This document shows, piece by piece, positions 27,762-37,936 of a stretch of 64,000 bases of DNA. Under the pieces are notes generated by a model that saw only the letters and a program-made list of their open reading frames with translations, was not told the DNA's origin and ran no database searches. Within the stretch, counting starts at the first letter, position 1; each line of letters begins with the position of its first letter. Position numbers and translations under genes: made by a program. This stretch comes from Clostridia bacterium (GTDB lineage Bacteria > Bacillota > Clostridia > Christensenellales > CAG-314), in contig JAFTHP010000028.1 of NCBI GenBank assembly GCA_017457305.1, forward strand, positions 10,064 to 74,063, read 5' to 3'.

Positions 27762-28307
27762 CTAGTCGTTGAGCATATCTGTATTTACAACACATACGTC
27801 CTTGAGATGACGGTACTTTTCGATGTAGTCCAAACCGTAACCAATTACAAATGCATCGGGAATTTCAAAGCCAACGTATTCTACTGGAATTTCTACACGT
27901 CTGCGAGATGGCTTGGATAACAATGTGGAGATACGAACACTGTTTGCACCACGTTCATACATCAAATTTTTGAGGTGGTTGAGTGTGAATCCGCTATCTA
28001 CAATATCTTCCACAAGGATAATATCCTTACCCCTAACGTCGGTGGATATATCGCGTGTGATGGTTACAACACCGCTTGTTTCGAAGGATGCCCCATAACT
28101 TGATGCAGCCAAAAAGTCTACTGTGCAGTTTACGTCAATTTCCCTGATCAAATCCGCCATGTAGATCCACGCGCCCTTTAGCACACCGATAATTAGCAAA
28201 TCTTTGCCTTGATAATCCTGTGTGATTTGTTGGCCAAGTTCCTTGATTCTTTCCTTAATTTGTTGTTCGGTTACCAATGTTTTTAGTACAATTTTGTCTG
28301 GTTGCAT
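27762..28307 (-). CDS. hpt: Hypoxanthine phosphoribosyltransferase
   Basis: GVLKGA, LVEDIVDSGFTL, FVIGYGLD; follows tilS. Confidence 0.96.
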   Translation of the reverse strand: MQPDKIVLKTLVTEQQIKERIKELGQQITQDYQGKDLLIIGVLKGAWIYMADLIREIDVNCTVDFLAASSYGASFETSGVVTITRDISTDVRGKDIILVEDIVDSGFTLNHLKNLMYERGANSVRISTLLSKPSRRRVEIPVEYVGFEIPDAFVIGYGLDYIEKYRHLKDVCVVNTDMLND

Positions 28308-28319
28308 AGCGCTCGATGG

Positions 28320-29579
28320 TTACTCCTTGTGTAATGAAATATAGTAAGCATTGGTTGTATCGGTTACTTTTAGACTGTTGGATATTTCTACACCAACAAT
28401 AATCAAAACGTTGTTTCCGCTTGCCACAACCACCAACTTGTCGCGTAGACGTTGTGGAATTTTTTTGTCTATCAAGTAGCGGTTGAGTGGTTTTGTTCCG
28501 CCACCAAACTTGGTAAACATATCCCCTTGTTTTGCAAAACGCACAACTGCATCCGCTGGAATTGCATCCAAATTGAACAGCTGCCCTTGTTGATTGTTAT
28601 CTACAACTAGTGTTCCTACTGGTGTTGTCATACTTCCAACACAAAAAGGAAGGCAAAAATCCTGCAAAACTGCGTTATCTTCAACAAAAAAAGTAATTCT
28701 ATTATAATCGTTTACTGCTACAAGGTCAAATGGTAGAACAACCTTTTTTCCACCAACATTTTGCGCCAACTCAACAATGGCTTTGAGATGAGTTTCTTCT
28801 ATGTCGTAGAATATACCAAGTTGACGTACAACCTTGCCAATTACACGATATGCTATGCTTGGATGCTGAGTTAGTAGTTGAACTGGCACTTGTGCACAAT
28901 TATCTTGAAATTGAACGGTAGAAATATCCGCTAGGCTATCCAAGTAATCGTCGTCCATGGCAATTCGGTTAGCAAACTTTACAATATTTTGCTGTGCGTT
29001 AGCGTGCACGTTGCTAAGCAATGGCATAACGTTGTGCCTTAGGTAGTTGCGAGCATATTTATCTTGGTTGTTTGTTTGATCCACCACAAATGGAACACTG
29101 TTATCCTTTGCATACTGCTCAATTTGTGCACGAGATAAGTCCAACAAAGGTCTAATATACCTTCCGTTTTGCCTACTAATTCCGCGAGCGCCACGAGCAC
29201 CGGCACCACGCAACAAATGCATAACAATTGTTTCGGCATTGTCGTCGTTGTGATGCGCCAAACACACGTAGTCGCACTGCAACCCGTCCAACAATTGATA
29301 ACGAAGTTGTCTTGCAGCGGTTTCTTCGGAAATGCCCTTTTCCTTGGCAAAAGCTGGAACGCTGGCATGCAACACGATGCAATCTACACCCAGCAGACGG
29401 CAATAGTTTGCAACAAAGTCGCAATCGCTTTGAGCTTCTTCCCTGATATGATGATTAACTGTGACAACAAAGAAATCTGGGCGTGGCAAAAGAGTGGCAA
29501 ATTTGTGTAACATCACCATTGAGTCCACACCGCCACTAACTGCTAGCGCGTATTTTTTTGTAAGGTCAAGTTGATTCAT
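28320..29579 (-). CDS. tilS: tRNA(Ile)-lysidine synthetase
   Basis: AVSGGVDSM PP-loop, EETAARQLRY, LAHHNDD, RNYLRH, TilS C-terminal domain. Confidence 0.95.
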   Translation of the reverse strand: MNQLDLTKKYALAVSGGVDSMVMLHKFATLLPRPDFFVVTVNHHIREEAQSDCDFVANYCRLLGVDCIVLHASVPAFAKEKGISEETAARQLRYQLLDGLQCDYVCLAHHNDDNAETIVMHLLRGAGARGARGISRQNGRYIRPLLDLSRAQIEQYAKDNSVPFVVDQTNNQDKYARNYLRHNVMPLLSNVHANAQQNIVKFANRIAMDDDYLDSLADISTVQFQDNCAQVPVQLLTQHPSIAYRVIGKVVRQLGIFYDIEETHLKAIVELAQNVGGKKVVLPFDLVAVNDYNRITFFVEDNAVLQDFCLPFCVGSMTTPVGTLVVDNNQQGQLFNLDAIPADAVVRFAKQGDMFTKFGGGTKPLNRYLIDKKIPQRLRDKLVVVASGNNVLIIVGVEISNSLKVTDTTNAYYISLHKE

Positions 29580-29584
29580 AGTTG

Positions 29585-30418
29585 TTATTGTATACCCATT
29601 TGTTCAAGAGTGTTGCACATCAGCACAAACTGTTGTGTGGATAGTTCTTCGCCACGGCAATTTGCAGCAAAATTACAGGCAGTTAGCACGCTTTCCGCTT
29701 GCTCGCGCGACATCTTGAACCCTACCATAAGGTTGTTGACAAGTGTTTTGCGACGCATTGCAAATGCCACTTTTACCGTTTTGCGGAATAATTTGTGGTC
29801 GGAAATATCGTACTTGTTGCGATTGATATCAATACGCACCACGGCACTATCCACGTTGGGTTGTGGGTAAAATAGTTCACGTGGCAAAATGCGCGTTAAC
29901 GTTACGTCCGCAACGGCATCTACGGCAACAGTAATTGCACCGTAATCCTTGGTTGCTGGACTAGCAGACAGCCTTTCGGCAACTTCCTTTTGTATGGTCA
30001 ACGTAAGGCTTGTAACCTGTGTGCCTTGCTCGATAAATTGCATCAACAAAGGTGTTGTTATGTAGTAGGGGATGTTGGCAACAACCCTGTATGGGCCACC
30101 GCACATTTCTTCCACCTCCGACACCTTGTAGCGCATAACGTCGCCCATTACAACCTTTACGTTGGGACAATCGGCAAGGGTAATATTGAGGATTTTTTCC
30201 AAATTTCGGTCAATTTCGAAGGCAATAACCTTGTCGGCAGATTGGGACAAGGCGCGCGTCAACGTTCCTGCGCCAGCACCAATTTCCAACACGGTGCCAC
30301 CTTGCACACCTGCATCTTCGCTAATATCAGCAAGCAAATTGTTATCCGTTAGAAAGTTTTGACCAAATTGTTTGTTGAACCTAAATCCTTTTTCTTTGAG
30401 TAGTTGTTTGATATCCAT
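29585..30418 (-). CDS. rsmA: 16S rRNA dimethyladenosine transferase
   Basis: GQNFL, LEIGAGAG, ANIPYYITTP, PNVDS, RRKTL. Confidence 0.96.
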   Translation of the reverse strand: MDIKQLLKEKGFRFNKQFGQNFLTDNNLLADISEDAGVQGGTVLEIGAGAGTLTRALSQSADKVIAFEIDRNLEKILNITLADCPNVKVVMGDVMRYKVSEVEEMCGGPYRVVANIPYYITTPLLMQFIEQGTQVTSLTLTIQKEVAERLSASPATKDYGAITVAVDAVADVTLTRILPRELFYPQPNVDSAVVRIDINRNKYDISDHKLFRKTVKVAFAMRRKTLVNNLMVGFKMSREQAESVLTACNFAANCRGEELSTQQFVLMCNTLEQMGIQ

Positions 30419-30448
30419 ATGTTTGTTTTCGTAAGTTGTTTTTTGTAG

Positions 30449-31669
30449 TTAAATTGCGTTTTCTAGCGCATTGAAGTAGATGCCTAGTAGCTCCGAAGCG
30501 GACATAAGCTTGGGCACGGGGTAAAGTGGGTTTGCTTCCTTATCGGCATGAATTGCCAAGTTGCTTAGATGGTATGGTTGCAATGCGTCGATTTTTAGCT
30601 TTGCAGGGATACCAAGGTCGGCATTTAGCTGTTCGATTGCAGCAATAAATTTGTTTGCAGCAACAGCATTACTATCAGTATCAGCGGCAACGCCAACAAG
30701 TCTTGCTAGTTTTGCCAAACGCTTGTGACTAGACTTTCCAAAAGCCTTCAAAACGTGTGGCAACAGCACCGCATTTGCCAATCCGTGAGCCACACCATAT
30801 TTTCCACCAAGAGCGTGTGCCAATGCGTGAACGTATCCCACGTAACCGCGAGTAAAGGCAAGTCCTGCCAGATATGCCGCCTTTTGCATATTGGAACGAG
30901 CTTGCAAATTGGTTCCGTTTGTTGTGGCTTCTTTGAGATTTTCAAACACAAGCTTTACCGCTTCTTCCGCTTGACGCTTGGTTGCACGTGTGTTTGCGTG
31001 ATTTGTGTATGCTTCTACAGCGTGGGTTAACGCATCCATACCGGTGGTTGCCGTTAGCATTGGTGGCAAGCCTACTGTAAGGGTAGGATCTAGTATTGCA
31101 TAGTGTGGAATAAGGGAAAAGTCGTTGATTGCGTACTTATCGTGAGTTTCACTGTCGGTAATAACTGCGGCAACCGTACACTCACTACCCGTGCCAGCTG
31201 TTGTGGGAACAGCAAAGAAAGGTGGCAGTTTTTTGCAAACTTTTAGTAGACCTTTCATCTTGTTTACGCTCTTTTTGGGACGAACAACGCGTGCGCCAAT
31301 AGCTTTGGCACAGTCCATTGCCGAGCCGCCACCAAAAGCAAGGATGCTATCGCAATTGTTTTGTTTGTAGATAGCTAACCCTTCTTCCACTTGATTAACT
31401 GTGGGGTTGGGCAAAACACCATCATATACCGCATAGGACAAAATTCCTTGCGCGTTGTCGAAAAATGGTTGCAATGCTTTGCGCTCCAAAGCAGCCTTGT
31501 CACATACAACAAGGGGACGTTTTGCGCCATTTTGTTGCATAAAATCTACCGCATTTGCAAAGCTATTTTCTCCTTGCAAAATTTTGGGTTCGCGCCAAGG
31601 CATAAATGCCATGCCAACATACATGCCTGCTTGAAAAATTCTGCACCATATCTTTTTGAAAAATCTCAT
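30449..31669 (-). CDS. Iron-containing alcohol dehydrogenase
   Basis: GGGSAMDCAK, PTTAGTGSE, GMDALTHAVE, HALAH, HGLANA. Confidence 0.92.
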   Translation of the reverse strand: MRFFKKIWCRIFQAGMYVGMAFMPWREPKILQGENSFANAVDFMQQNGAKRPLVVCDKAALERKALQPFFDNAQGILSYAVYDGVLPNPTVNQVEEGLAIYKQNNCDSILAFGGGSAMDCAKAIGARVVRPKKSVNKMKGLLKVCKKLPPFFAVPTTAGTGSECTVAAVITDSETHDKYAINDFSLIPHYAILDPTLTVGLPPMLTATTGMDALTHAVEAYTNHANTRATKRQAEEAVKLVFENLKEATTNGTNLQARSNMQKAAYLAGLAFTRGYVGYVHALAHALGGKYGVAHGLANAVLLPHVLKAFGKSSHKRLAKLARLVGVAADTDSNAVAANKFIAAIEQLNADLGIPAKLKIDALQPYHLSNLAIHADKEANPLYPVPKLMSASELLGIYFNALENAI

Positions 31670-31923
31670 CTTGCGCCTCCCTTGAGCAACAAACATTGCC
31701 CATTATATATTTCCATTATACAACAAAATACAAAACATGTAAACCCAAAAGATAAACAACAATATCATTACTTGACAAGGCTGTAATCTACAATAGAAAC
31801 AGTTAGCCTTGCAGACAAATATTGTGGCGATATTGTTCCCTTTTGGCGGGGTATGTGGTATAATGAATATAATAAGCATTGCGTTTTTGTTTAGACAATC
31901 AACAACACAACGGGAGATAAATT

Positions 31924-32868
31924 ATGTGGAAAAACCTTAAATACTATATGAGTTTGATGCTAATGTGCATTGGTTGCGTTTTGCCAATGGCAATATTCAA
32001 CCTGCCAGAAGAAGCCATGAGCGGCGCTGGTGCTCTTGTTGTGTTTTTTGCCGGCGGCGGTTTGGCATACTCCTTGTTCAAAATGTATTTTGAAGAATAT
32101 CAAGGAGAAATGTACGAAACAGATGAACGCCTTGCAAACGTGCTGTCACTTATTTTTTCCATCATCTCTGTTGGACTAAACATCCTTGTAATGAGCTTGT
32201 ACAAAGAGTCGTCACTATTTGGAATTTTGAACTTCCTAAACGAGTTTAGTGGCGACGTTGGCGAATTCTACTTGCGACTAGTAACCGTCATTTTTTCCGG
32301 ATTGTCATTGTTCCCACTATTTTTGATATCCGTAGAATCCATAGACACGGCCATTTACGATTGGAAACGCACTACATATATCAACGGAAAACCCGTAAAG
32401 AGCGAAATGGTTTCCCACTCCTGCAACGAATCCAAGGCGGCATATTTCTTTACCACCGTTTTGGTTGGTATGACTGCTGTTGTAGGTACATCTTTGAGCG
32501 TTGCTATCATTGTTTTGGGATTGAATATTGGCTCCTTTATCAACGGAAAGGCAAAGAAAATACCTCAAATCCTTGGAGTTATTGGCGCTTTAGCCGTAAC
32601 AGCTGTTGCTATACTTGGAACACTAAGAACAACAGCCATCGTTAACTTGGATATTACTGTAGCTGGTCAACTGATGCCAATTGTATTTGCAGGTCTTGTT
32701 GTACTGTTCTTTACTATATACTTCAAAGTTGAATTTTTGGGGAGAGTTTTACCGCTAATTCTTGCTGTATTCCTGATGATTTTTGCAAGCTGGATTGTAA
32801 GCTTATTTGCAGCAAAGCTTGTTAACGTAATTTACTTTGCTCTTGCAAATCCTGTCCCAATTGTGTAA
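31924..32868 (+). CDS. Polytopic membrane protein of unknown function
   Basis: GGGAG RBS, upstream TGGTATAAT box, about 8 hydrophobic segments. Confidence 0.75.
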   Translation: MWKNLKYYMSLMLMCIGCVLPMAIFNLPEEAMSGAGALVVFFAGGGLAYSLFKMYFEEYQGEMYETDERLANVLSLIFSIISVGLNILVMSLYKESSLFGILNFLNEFSGDVGEFYLRLVTVIFSGLSLFPLFLISVESIDTAIYDWKRTTYINGKPVKSEMVSHSCNESKAAYFFTTVLVGMTAVVGTSLSVAIIVLGLNIGSFINGKAKKIPQILGVIGALAVTAVAILGTLRTTAIVNLDITVAGQLMPIVFAGLVVLFFTIYFKVEFLGRVLPLILAVFLMIFASWIVSLFAAKLVNVIYFALANPVPIV

Positions 32869-32930
32869 CCTTACATTTGTTAAATAATAAATGCTGCCTT
32901 CTTTTTGAAAGCAGCATTTTTTTGTTTACT

Positions 32931-34319
32931 TTATATAGAAAAGCTTTCTTGCAATTCGCGGTTTTTTATTTCTTTTAGTAGCTTTCGCAGAAGAATAACG
33001 GACAAAATTGCCGTAAACATATTTACACCAACAAAGTTGAACCAAATTCCGTCCAAACCAAAGCTCCACAATGCGCCAAGAATAATCACAGGGAAAACAA
33101 ACGCTGTGCCAACGGAAATAACCGTTGCTTGGAAGGGCTTTTTGATAGCACTAAACAAGCTTTGCGTGACCACGCCAAACCAACGGAACAGGTATGCAAA
33201 GCAAAACAATTTGATTGCATAGGTGGAAACTTCCAACAAAAGAACGTCTTCCGCCTTGACAAACCAAGATGCAATAACATCGGGGAAGAAGAACAAAAAG
33301 GCTGTGGAAACAAATCCCACTACCGATGCGCCAATGTAGGCACATTTGGATATGCTCTTTACCCTGCCGTAGTCCTTTGCACCCCAGTTGTATCCTAGCG
33401 CTGGCGCAAGAGAATCGGCAATGCCATACAGCAATGGCCAGCAAAGGTCGCTGGAGTACATAAGTACCGCATAAACGGCAACGGCTGTTTGTCCACCATC
33501 TTTGCCAAAGACCTGTTCGCCAAGAGTCATCAAGGAAATGTTGATCAAAATTGATGTGATACGACCGGAAATGTTGTTCAAAAATACTGGTGAACCACAG
33601 GAAGCAATCTGTTTTACCATACCCGAGCTAAACTTGGGCTTGGTAAACTTGAGCAAAGCTTTGTTTGCAACAAAGGGAATCATTGCAACGATGGAACAAA
33701 TACTCATTGCTATTGATGTGGCAAGGGCGGAACCTACAACACCCATCTTGCACACAAGCAAAAAGAAGGTGAGTAGTCCCAACGTGAGCAAGTTGGATAC
33801 AATGTTGATAATCATGCTTGTTTTTACGTAGCCGCTGATACGCAAATAGTTGTCCATTGCAAAGAATATTGCAGAAAGTGGACTGCACAATGCAACTGTG
33901 CGTAGGTAATCTACCGAAGTTGCCAGTAAATCCCCTTCGGCACCCATAAGCATAGATAGCGGCACCGCTGCAAAAAACATGATGCTACCCATCAAAACGG
34001 ATACGCAAAATATCATTATCACCGAACAGGTAAACACGTTGTTGGCAGTTTTGTAGTCCTTTTTGCCTAACGCCACCGAAATAGGAGCTGATGCACCAAC
34101 ACCAATCAAGTCGGCAAGGGAAAAAGTAATCATAACAAGTGGCATGGCAATGTTTACTGCAGCAAAAGCACCTTCGCCAAGAATTTGGCCGATGAAAATG
34201 CCTTCGATGATACTGTAAATGGACATAGCAAACATGCTTATCATCCCAGGCATTGCCACAACAAAAAACAGCCGCCAAGGCTTCATTGTGGCATACATTT
34301 TTTCCGCTTTTACACTCAT
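32931..34319 (-). CDS. MATE family efflux transporter
   Basis: Two-repeat multi-TM protein with GEGAFAAV, MGVVGSALAT, GYNWGAK, GLDGIW. Confidence 0.9.
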   Translation of the reverse strand: MSVKAEKMYATMKPWRLFFVVAMPGMISMFAMSIYSIIEGIFIGQILGEGAFAAVNIAMPLVMITFSLADLIGVGASAPISVALGKKDYKTANNVFTCSVIMIFCVSVLMGSIMFFAAVPLSMLMGAEGDLLATSVDYLRTVALCSPLSAIFFAMDNYLRISGYVKTSMIINIVSNLLTLGLLTFFLLVCKMGVVGSALATSIAMSICSIVAMIPFVANKALLKFTKPKFSSGMVKQIASCGSPVFLNNISGRITSILINISLMTLGEQVFGKDGGQTAVAVYAVLMYSSDLCWPLLYGIADSLAPALGYNWGAKDYGRVKSISKCAYIGASVVGFVSTAFLFFFPDVIASWFVKAEDVLLLEVSTYAIKLFCFAYLFRWFGVVTQSLFSAIKKPFQATVISVGTAFVFPVIILGALWSFGLDGIWFNFVGVNMFTAILSVILLRKLLKEIKNRELQESFSI

Positions 34320-34631
34320 TGTTACTCCCTATTTGCTGTGGTATTGATACAAAAACTTGTACACAAAATATTGATGAGCCGTTGTGTTGGGTAATTTGCA
34401 CACTATTTTTTGCACATCAGGCTATATTGTAGTTGATTATTCAAAAAGAATCAACTGATATTACTACATTACAGCAACAAAAACTCCGTTTAATTTTGCG
34501 TATAGACCAAAGCTCGCAATTCCGTTATCGCTTATAGTTTTTACTCGTCTACACAAGTAATCGCACCACTCTTGACAAATTTGAATAATAATTGTAAACT
34601 TGTAGTATCTGTTTTGTAGGAGATTTTTGCT

Positions 34632-35450
34632 ATGCTGTACTTCCGCGAAGATCGCGTTAGGTGGTGGATAAGAGTTTTGGCTTGGCTTGCCCTTGTAGGA
34701 CTTTGCTTACTTGTTGGCACCATTTATCCCAACTGGGTGGGCCTTAGTGACGCCGTTTTGCTTCTATTGTTTGTTCCTATACTATTTGTCAATTTGGCTT
34801 TTCCCGTTGACAAAAACTTTTGCGAATGGATGTGGAAGCTATCCTGTTTGCTGATGACTGGTATTGGTGTTTTTTACCAACCAACATCTCAATTTGGCTA
34901 CGGAATGCGCCTTGCTTGTTCTCTTGTTGTAATACTAACGCTTATTTATGCCATTTTTGGCAACAAATTGGTGCTGTTTGCATCAGAACGTGTGGCAAAA
35001 GCCTACGATATTCTCACCGGTGCGGTAATTGTAGTGGCGCTTGTAATATCCCTTTTCGTTACCGAAATTCCTGGGCTAGGAATTCCACTCACCATCAAAG
35101 AAAACAACTATGTTATTCCCGTAGACGTTGCTCTTTATGTGATTGCACTGCTTAGATACGGCCCACTTTACGATATGATTGAAAATATCGACGACAAGCA
35201 ACGTGGCTTTGTTCATAAGGGTGGCAGTCGCAGCAGTAGCTACAACAGTAGCGATTACAGCTCAAGTAGCAGTTACAGCAGTTCTCGTTCCAGCAGCGCA
35301 CCACAAACAAACTGTCACAAGTGCGCCTACCACACCAAAACAAACCCCAGAACAGGACTTTGGGGCGGAGACTTTTGTGGCCTAACGGGAGAGCCTCTTG
35401 GCTACTTCGATATGGAATCGGGCTGCTCCAACTATACAAAAGGACGTTAG
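34632..35450 (+). CDS. Membrane protein with a Ser-rich linker and C-terminal Cys cluster
   Basis: About 6 TM segments, SSSYNSSDYSSSSS linker, CHKC...C...C tail; AGGAG RBS. Confidence 0.7.
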   Translation: MLYFREDRVRWWIRVLAWLALVGLCLLVGTIYPNWVGLSDAVLLLLFVPILFVNLAFPVDKNFCEWMWKLSCLLMTGIGVFYQPTSQFGYGMRLACSLVVILTLIYAIFGNKLVLFASERVAKAYDILTGAVIVVALVISLFVTEIPGLGIPLTIKENNYVIPVDVALYVIALLRYGPLYDMIENIDDKQRGFVHKGGSRSSSYNSSDYSSSSSYSSSRSSSAPQTNCHKCAYHTKTNPRTGLWGGDFCGLTGEPLGYFDMESGCSNYTKGR

Positions 35451-35650
35451 CCCTGCAACACTGTCGTTAGCCACTCCACTCAACACATAATACAACTTAA
35501 CCAAAAGACTCCCTTTCGAAAGTGAAAGAGAGTCTTTTTTTTGCAAATATATATTGTTAATTACACCTTCATTGCACTTAATTTGTTTTCAATCAAACAA
35601 ACATCGGTCGGAAATATCGCCAAGCAACGCAGTTGCGAACGCCCAGCGGA

Positions 35651-35689
35651 AAAAGAAAAGACAACCCAATCAAGAGTTGTCTTTTCTTT
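35651..35689 (-). terminator. Terminator after tRNA-Thr
   Basis: AAAGAAAAGACAAC/GTTGTCTTTTCTTT inverted repeat. Confidence 0.75.
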
Positions 35690-35765
35690 TGGAGCTGATA
35701 ACGGGATTTGAACCCGTGACCTCGTCCTTACCAAGGACGTGCTCTACCTGCTGAGCCATATCAGC
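35690..35765 (-). tRNA. tRNA-Thr (GGT)
   Basis: GCTGATATGGCTCAGCAGGTAGAGCACGTCCTTGGTAAGGACGAGGTCACGGGTTCAAATCCCGTTATCAGCTCCA; promoter TTGACA-17-TATAAT at 35824-35796. Confidence 0.96.
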
Positions 35766-35942
35766 ATATTAAGTTTTTTGTTTTTACGCTAGACCATTAT
35801 ATATTGTTTTCGTAGCATTGTCAAGGTTTTTTGACAATTGAAACCACACTATTGCTTGGCAAAATGCGAAAAATAAAACCATACAGCAAACATCTTTCTC
35901 GGCGGTGTTTTATTAATAAAAATAATGAAAAATAAATATTTA

Positions 35943-35991
35943 GAATATTTGTTCTAAACAGTTGACAAAGGGCATTTTTGGGGTGTATAAT
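35943..35991 (+). promoter_or_regulatory. LexA-box-like operator plus promoter of the Y-polymerase operon
   Basis: GAATATTTGTTC (one mismatch to GAAC-N4-GTTC) just upstream of TTGACA-18-TATAAT. Confidence 0.6.
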
Positions 35992-36060
35992 ACTGAAACA
36001 ATGCAAAAATAACGGCAAATTGATGCTAAAATACTATTTTTTGCTAAAAAGGGAAATAAC

Positions 36061-37332
36061 TTGAAACACATGGATGACAACAAAACATACTTTTGTATAG
36101 ATATGAAGTCCTTCTTTGCCTCGGTAGAATGTGCCGAGCGTGGGCTAAATCCATTTGAAACCAATCTTGTTGTAGCGGACGAGTCGCGCGGGAGTGGTTC
36201 CATTTGTCTTGCAATTTCCCCAAAAATGAAGGCAATGGGTGTAAAAAACCGTTGCAGAGTGTTTGAAATTCCACAAAGCATTGACTATATTTGCGCCAAG
36301 CCACGCATGCAAAAGTACATTGACTACGCAGGGGAAATTTACCGCATCTACCGCCAATACGTTAGCAAAGATGATATACACATCTACTCCATAGACGAAG
36401 ATTTTATCGATGCAACGGACTACCTAAAGTTATACAACCTAAAGCCAAAACAATTTGCCAAGCGCCTGACGGATGAAATTTGGCAAAAGTTGGGAATCCC
36501 TGCAACTTGTGGTATAGGAACAAACCTATATTTAGCAAAAATTGCACTAGATATAACGGCAAAAAAGGCCCCCGATCACATGGGGTATTTAACAGAAGAC
36601 GAATTTATCCGCACGTTGTGGCACCACACCCCAATAACAGACTTTTGGGGGATTGCCAAGGGCATTGCGGCGCGCCTAAACCACTACGGCATATACGATA
36701 TGGAAGGTATTGCCCACGCACCACCCAAGCTACTCAAAAAGGAATTTGGAATAAATGCCGAACTGCTAATAGACCATGCCTGGGGAAAAGAAAGCTGCAC
36801 AATGAAGGAAATACACAGCTACAAAAGTAAAAGCAAGTCTTTTTCCAACTCGCAAATTTTATTTGAAGACTACTCCTTTGAAAAGGCGAAATTGGTGTTA
36901 GTAGAAATGTGCCTAAACGGCTGTCAACGGATGATGGCAAACCACGTTGTAACCAACAGCGTAGGCATAATGGTTGGCTACTCCAAAAACGTAATAGGCC
37001 CAACAGGCGGCAGTAAAAAGATGCTTCAAACCACAAACGTTTTTAGCATCATCAGAACATACGTAGAAGAACTTTTTGAAAGTACCGCCTTTAAGGATGT
37101 ACCAATAAGGCAGTTAAGCATCTCTTTTGGTACAATTTGTGACGAGTGCTGCGAAGGCTACGATATGTTTACCGACCTTGATGCCATTGCAAAAGAAAAG
37201 CGTGCCGAACGAGCCGCACTAGAAATTAAGGAGCGCTTTGGCAACAATGCAATACTTAGAGGAATGGACTTATTGGATGGCGCAACAGCGAAGCAACGCA
37301 ACAAGTTGATAGGAGGACACAATGGCGAATAA
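36061..37332 (+). CDS. Y-family DNA polymerase (UmuC/UvrX-like)
   Basis: CIDMKSFFASVEC, YSIDE, GIGTNLYLAKIA, C-terminal IGGH. Confidence 0.93.
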   Translation: MKHMDDNKTYFCIDMKSFFASVECAERGLNPFETNLVVADESRGSGSICLAISPKMKAMGVKNRCRVFEIPQSIDYICAKPRMQKYIDYAGEIYRIYRQYVSKDDIHIYSIDEDFIDATDYLKLYNLKPKQFAKRLTDEIWQKLGIPATCGIGTNLYLAKIALDITAKKAPDHMGYLTEDEFIRTLWHHTPITDFWGIAKGIAARLNHYGIYDMEGIAHAPPKLLKKEFGINAELLIDHAWGKESCTMKEIHSYKSKSKSFSNSQILFEDYSFEKAKLVLVEMCLNGCQRMMANHVVTNSVGIMVGYSKNVIGPTGGSKKMLQTTNVFSIIRTYVEELFESTAFKDVPIRQLSISFGTICDECCEGYDMFTDLDAIAKEKRAERAALEIKERFGNNAILRGMDLLDGATAKQRNKLIGGHNGE

Positions 37333-37645
37333 GGTCAATAGAGCGGCACAGTTTTTGCCTTTTGATGCACTAAAAGGGTTGTCGGAAAAAATTGCTCAAG
37401 TGGAAGAAGAACTATCACGCGTGGAAAAAATTGAACTATCCGACTACCAAAAGGAAATGCTGGATGAAACGTTACAAAAGCTTCGTGTTGGAAGTGTGGT
37501 AAACATAACCTTTTACTTCAACTCCCACTACGTACAGGTAGAAAATGAAGTGGACGACATCAATCTTCCACAACGATACATTTCTATCAACCACACAAAA
37601 ATTCATTTTTCGGATATCTACTCCATGGATATTGTGGAAAACTGA
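37322..37645 (+). CDS. YolD-like protein
   Basis: RAAQFLPFDALKG motif; overlaps the Y-polymerase gene, as is typical. Confidence 0.85.
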   Translation: MANKVNRAAQFLPFDALKGLSEKIAQVEEELSRVEKIELSDYQKEMLDETLQKLRVGSVVNITFYFNSHYVQVENEVDDINLPQRYISINHTKIHFSDIYSMDIVEN

Positions 37646-37936
37646 TAACACAACAACTTTACTTACATCGCTAATGCTGCAAGGCGTAGTAATGTGGGAT
37701 GATTTGTATATTGTTTGTTAAAAAAAAGAGCGACTCCTATTTGTGGAGTCGTTCTTTTTTGATCCTGTTGATAATTGGCTAGAGTTGCTACTGTTTTTAT
37801 TTTCCTGTTAACCCAAAGTTGCAACAAAAGTTATTCTTTGTCGTTTTGGTTTGTTTTTACTGCACGACCATCAAAAAAAATAACCGCTACTCAAAATGGA
37901 ATAGCGGTTAGCAAAAATCAAATTTTAGAGGAGATT

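Noticed and set aside
36061-37645. Y-polymerase + YolD pair as evidence of an element integrated at tRNA-Thr
   Set aside because: The pair lies upstream of the tRNA 5' end, and no integrase or duplicated tRNA 3' end is visible; it is a known SOS mutagenesis cassette
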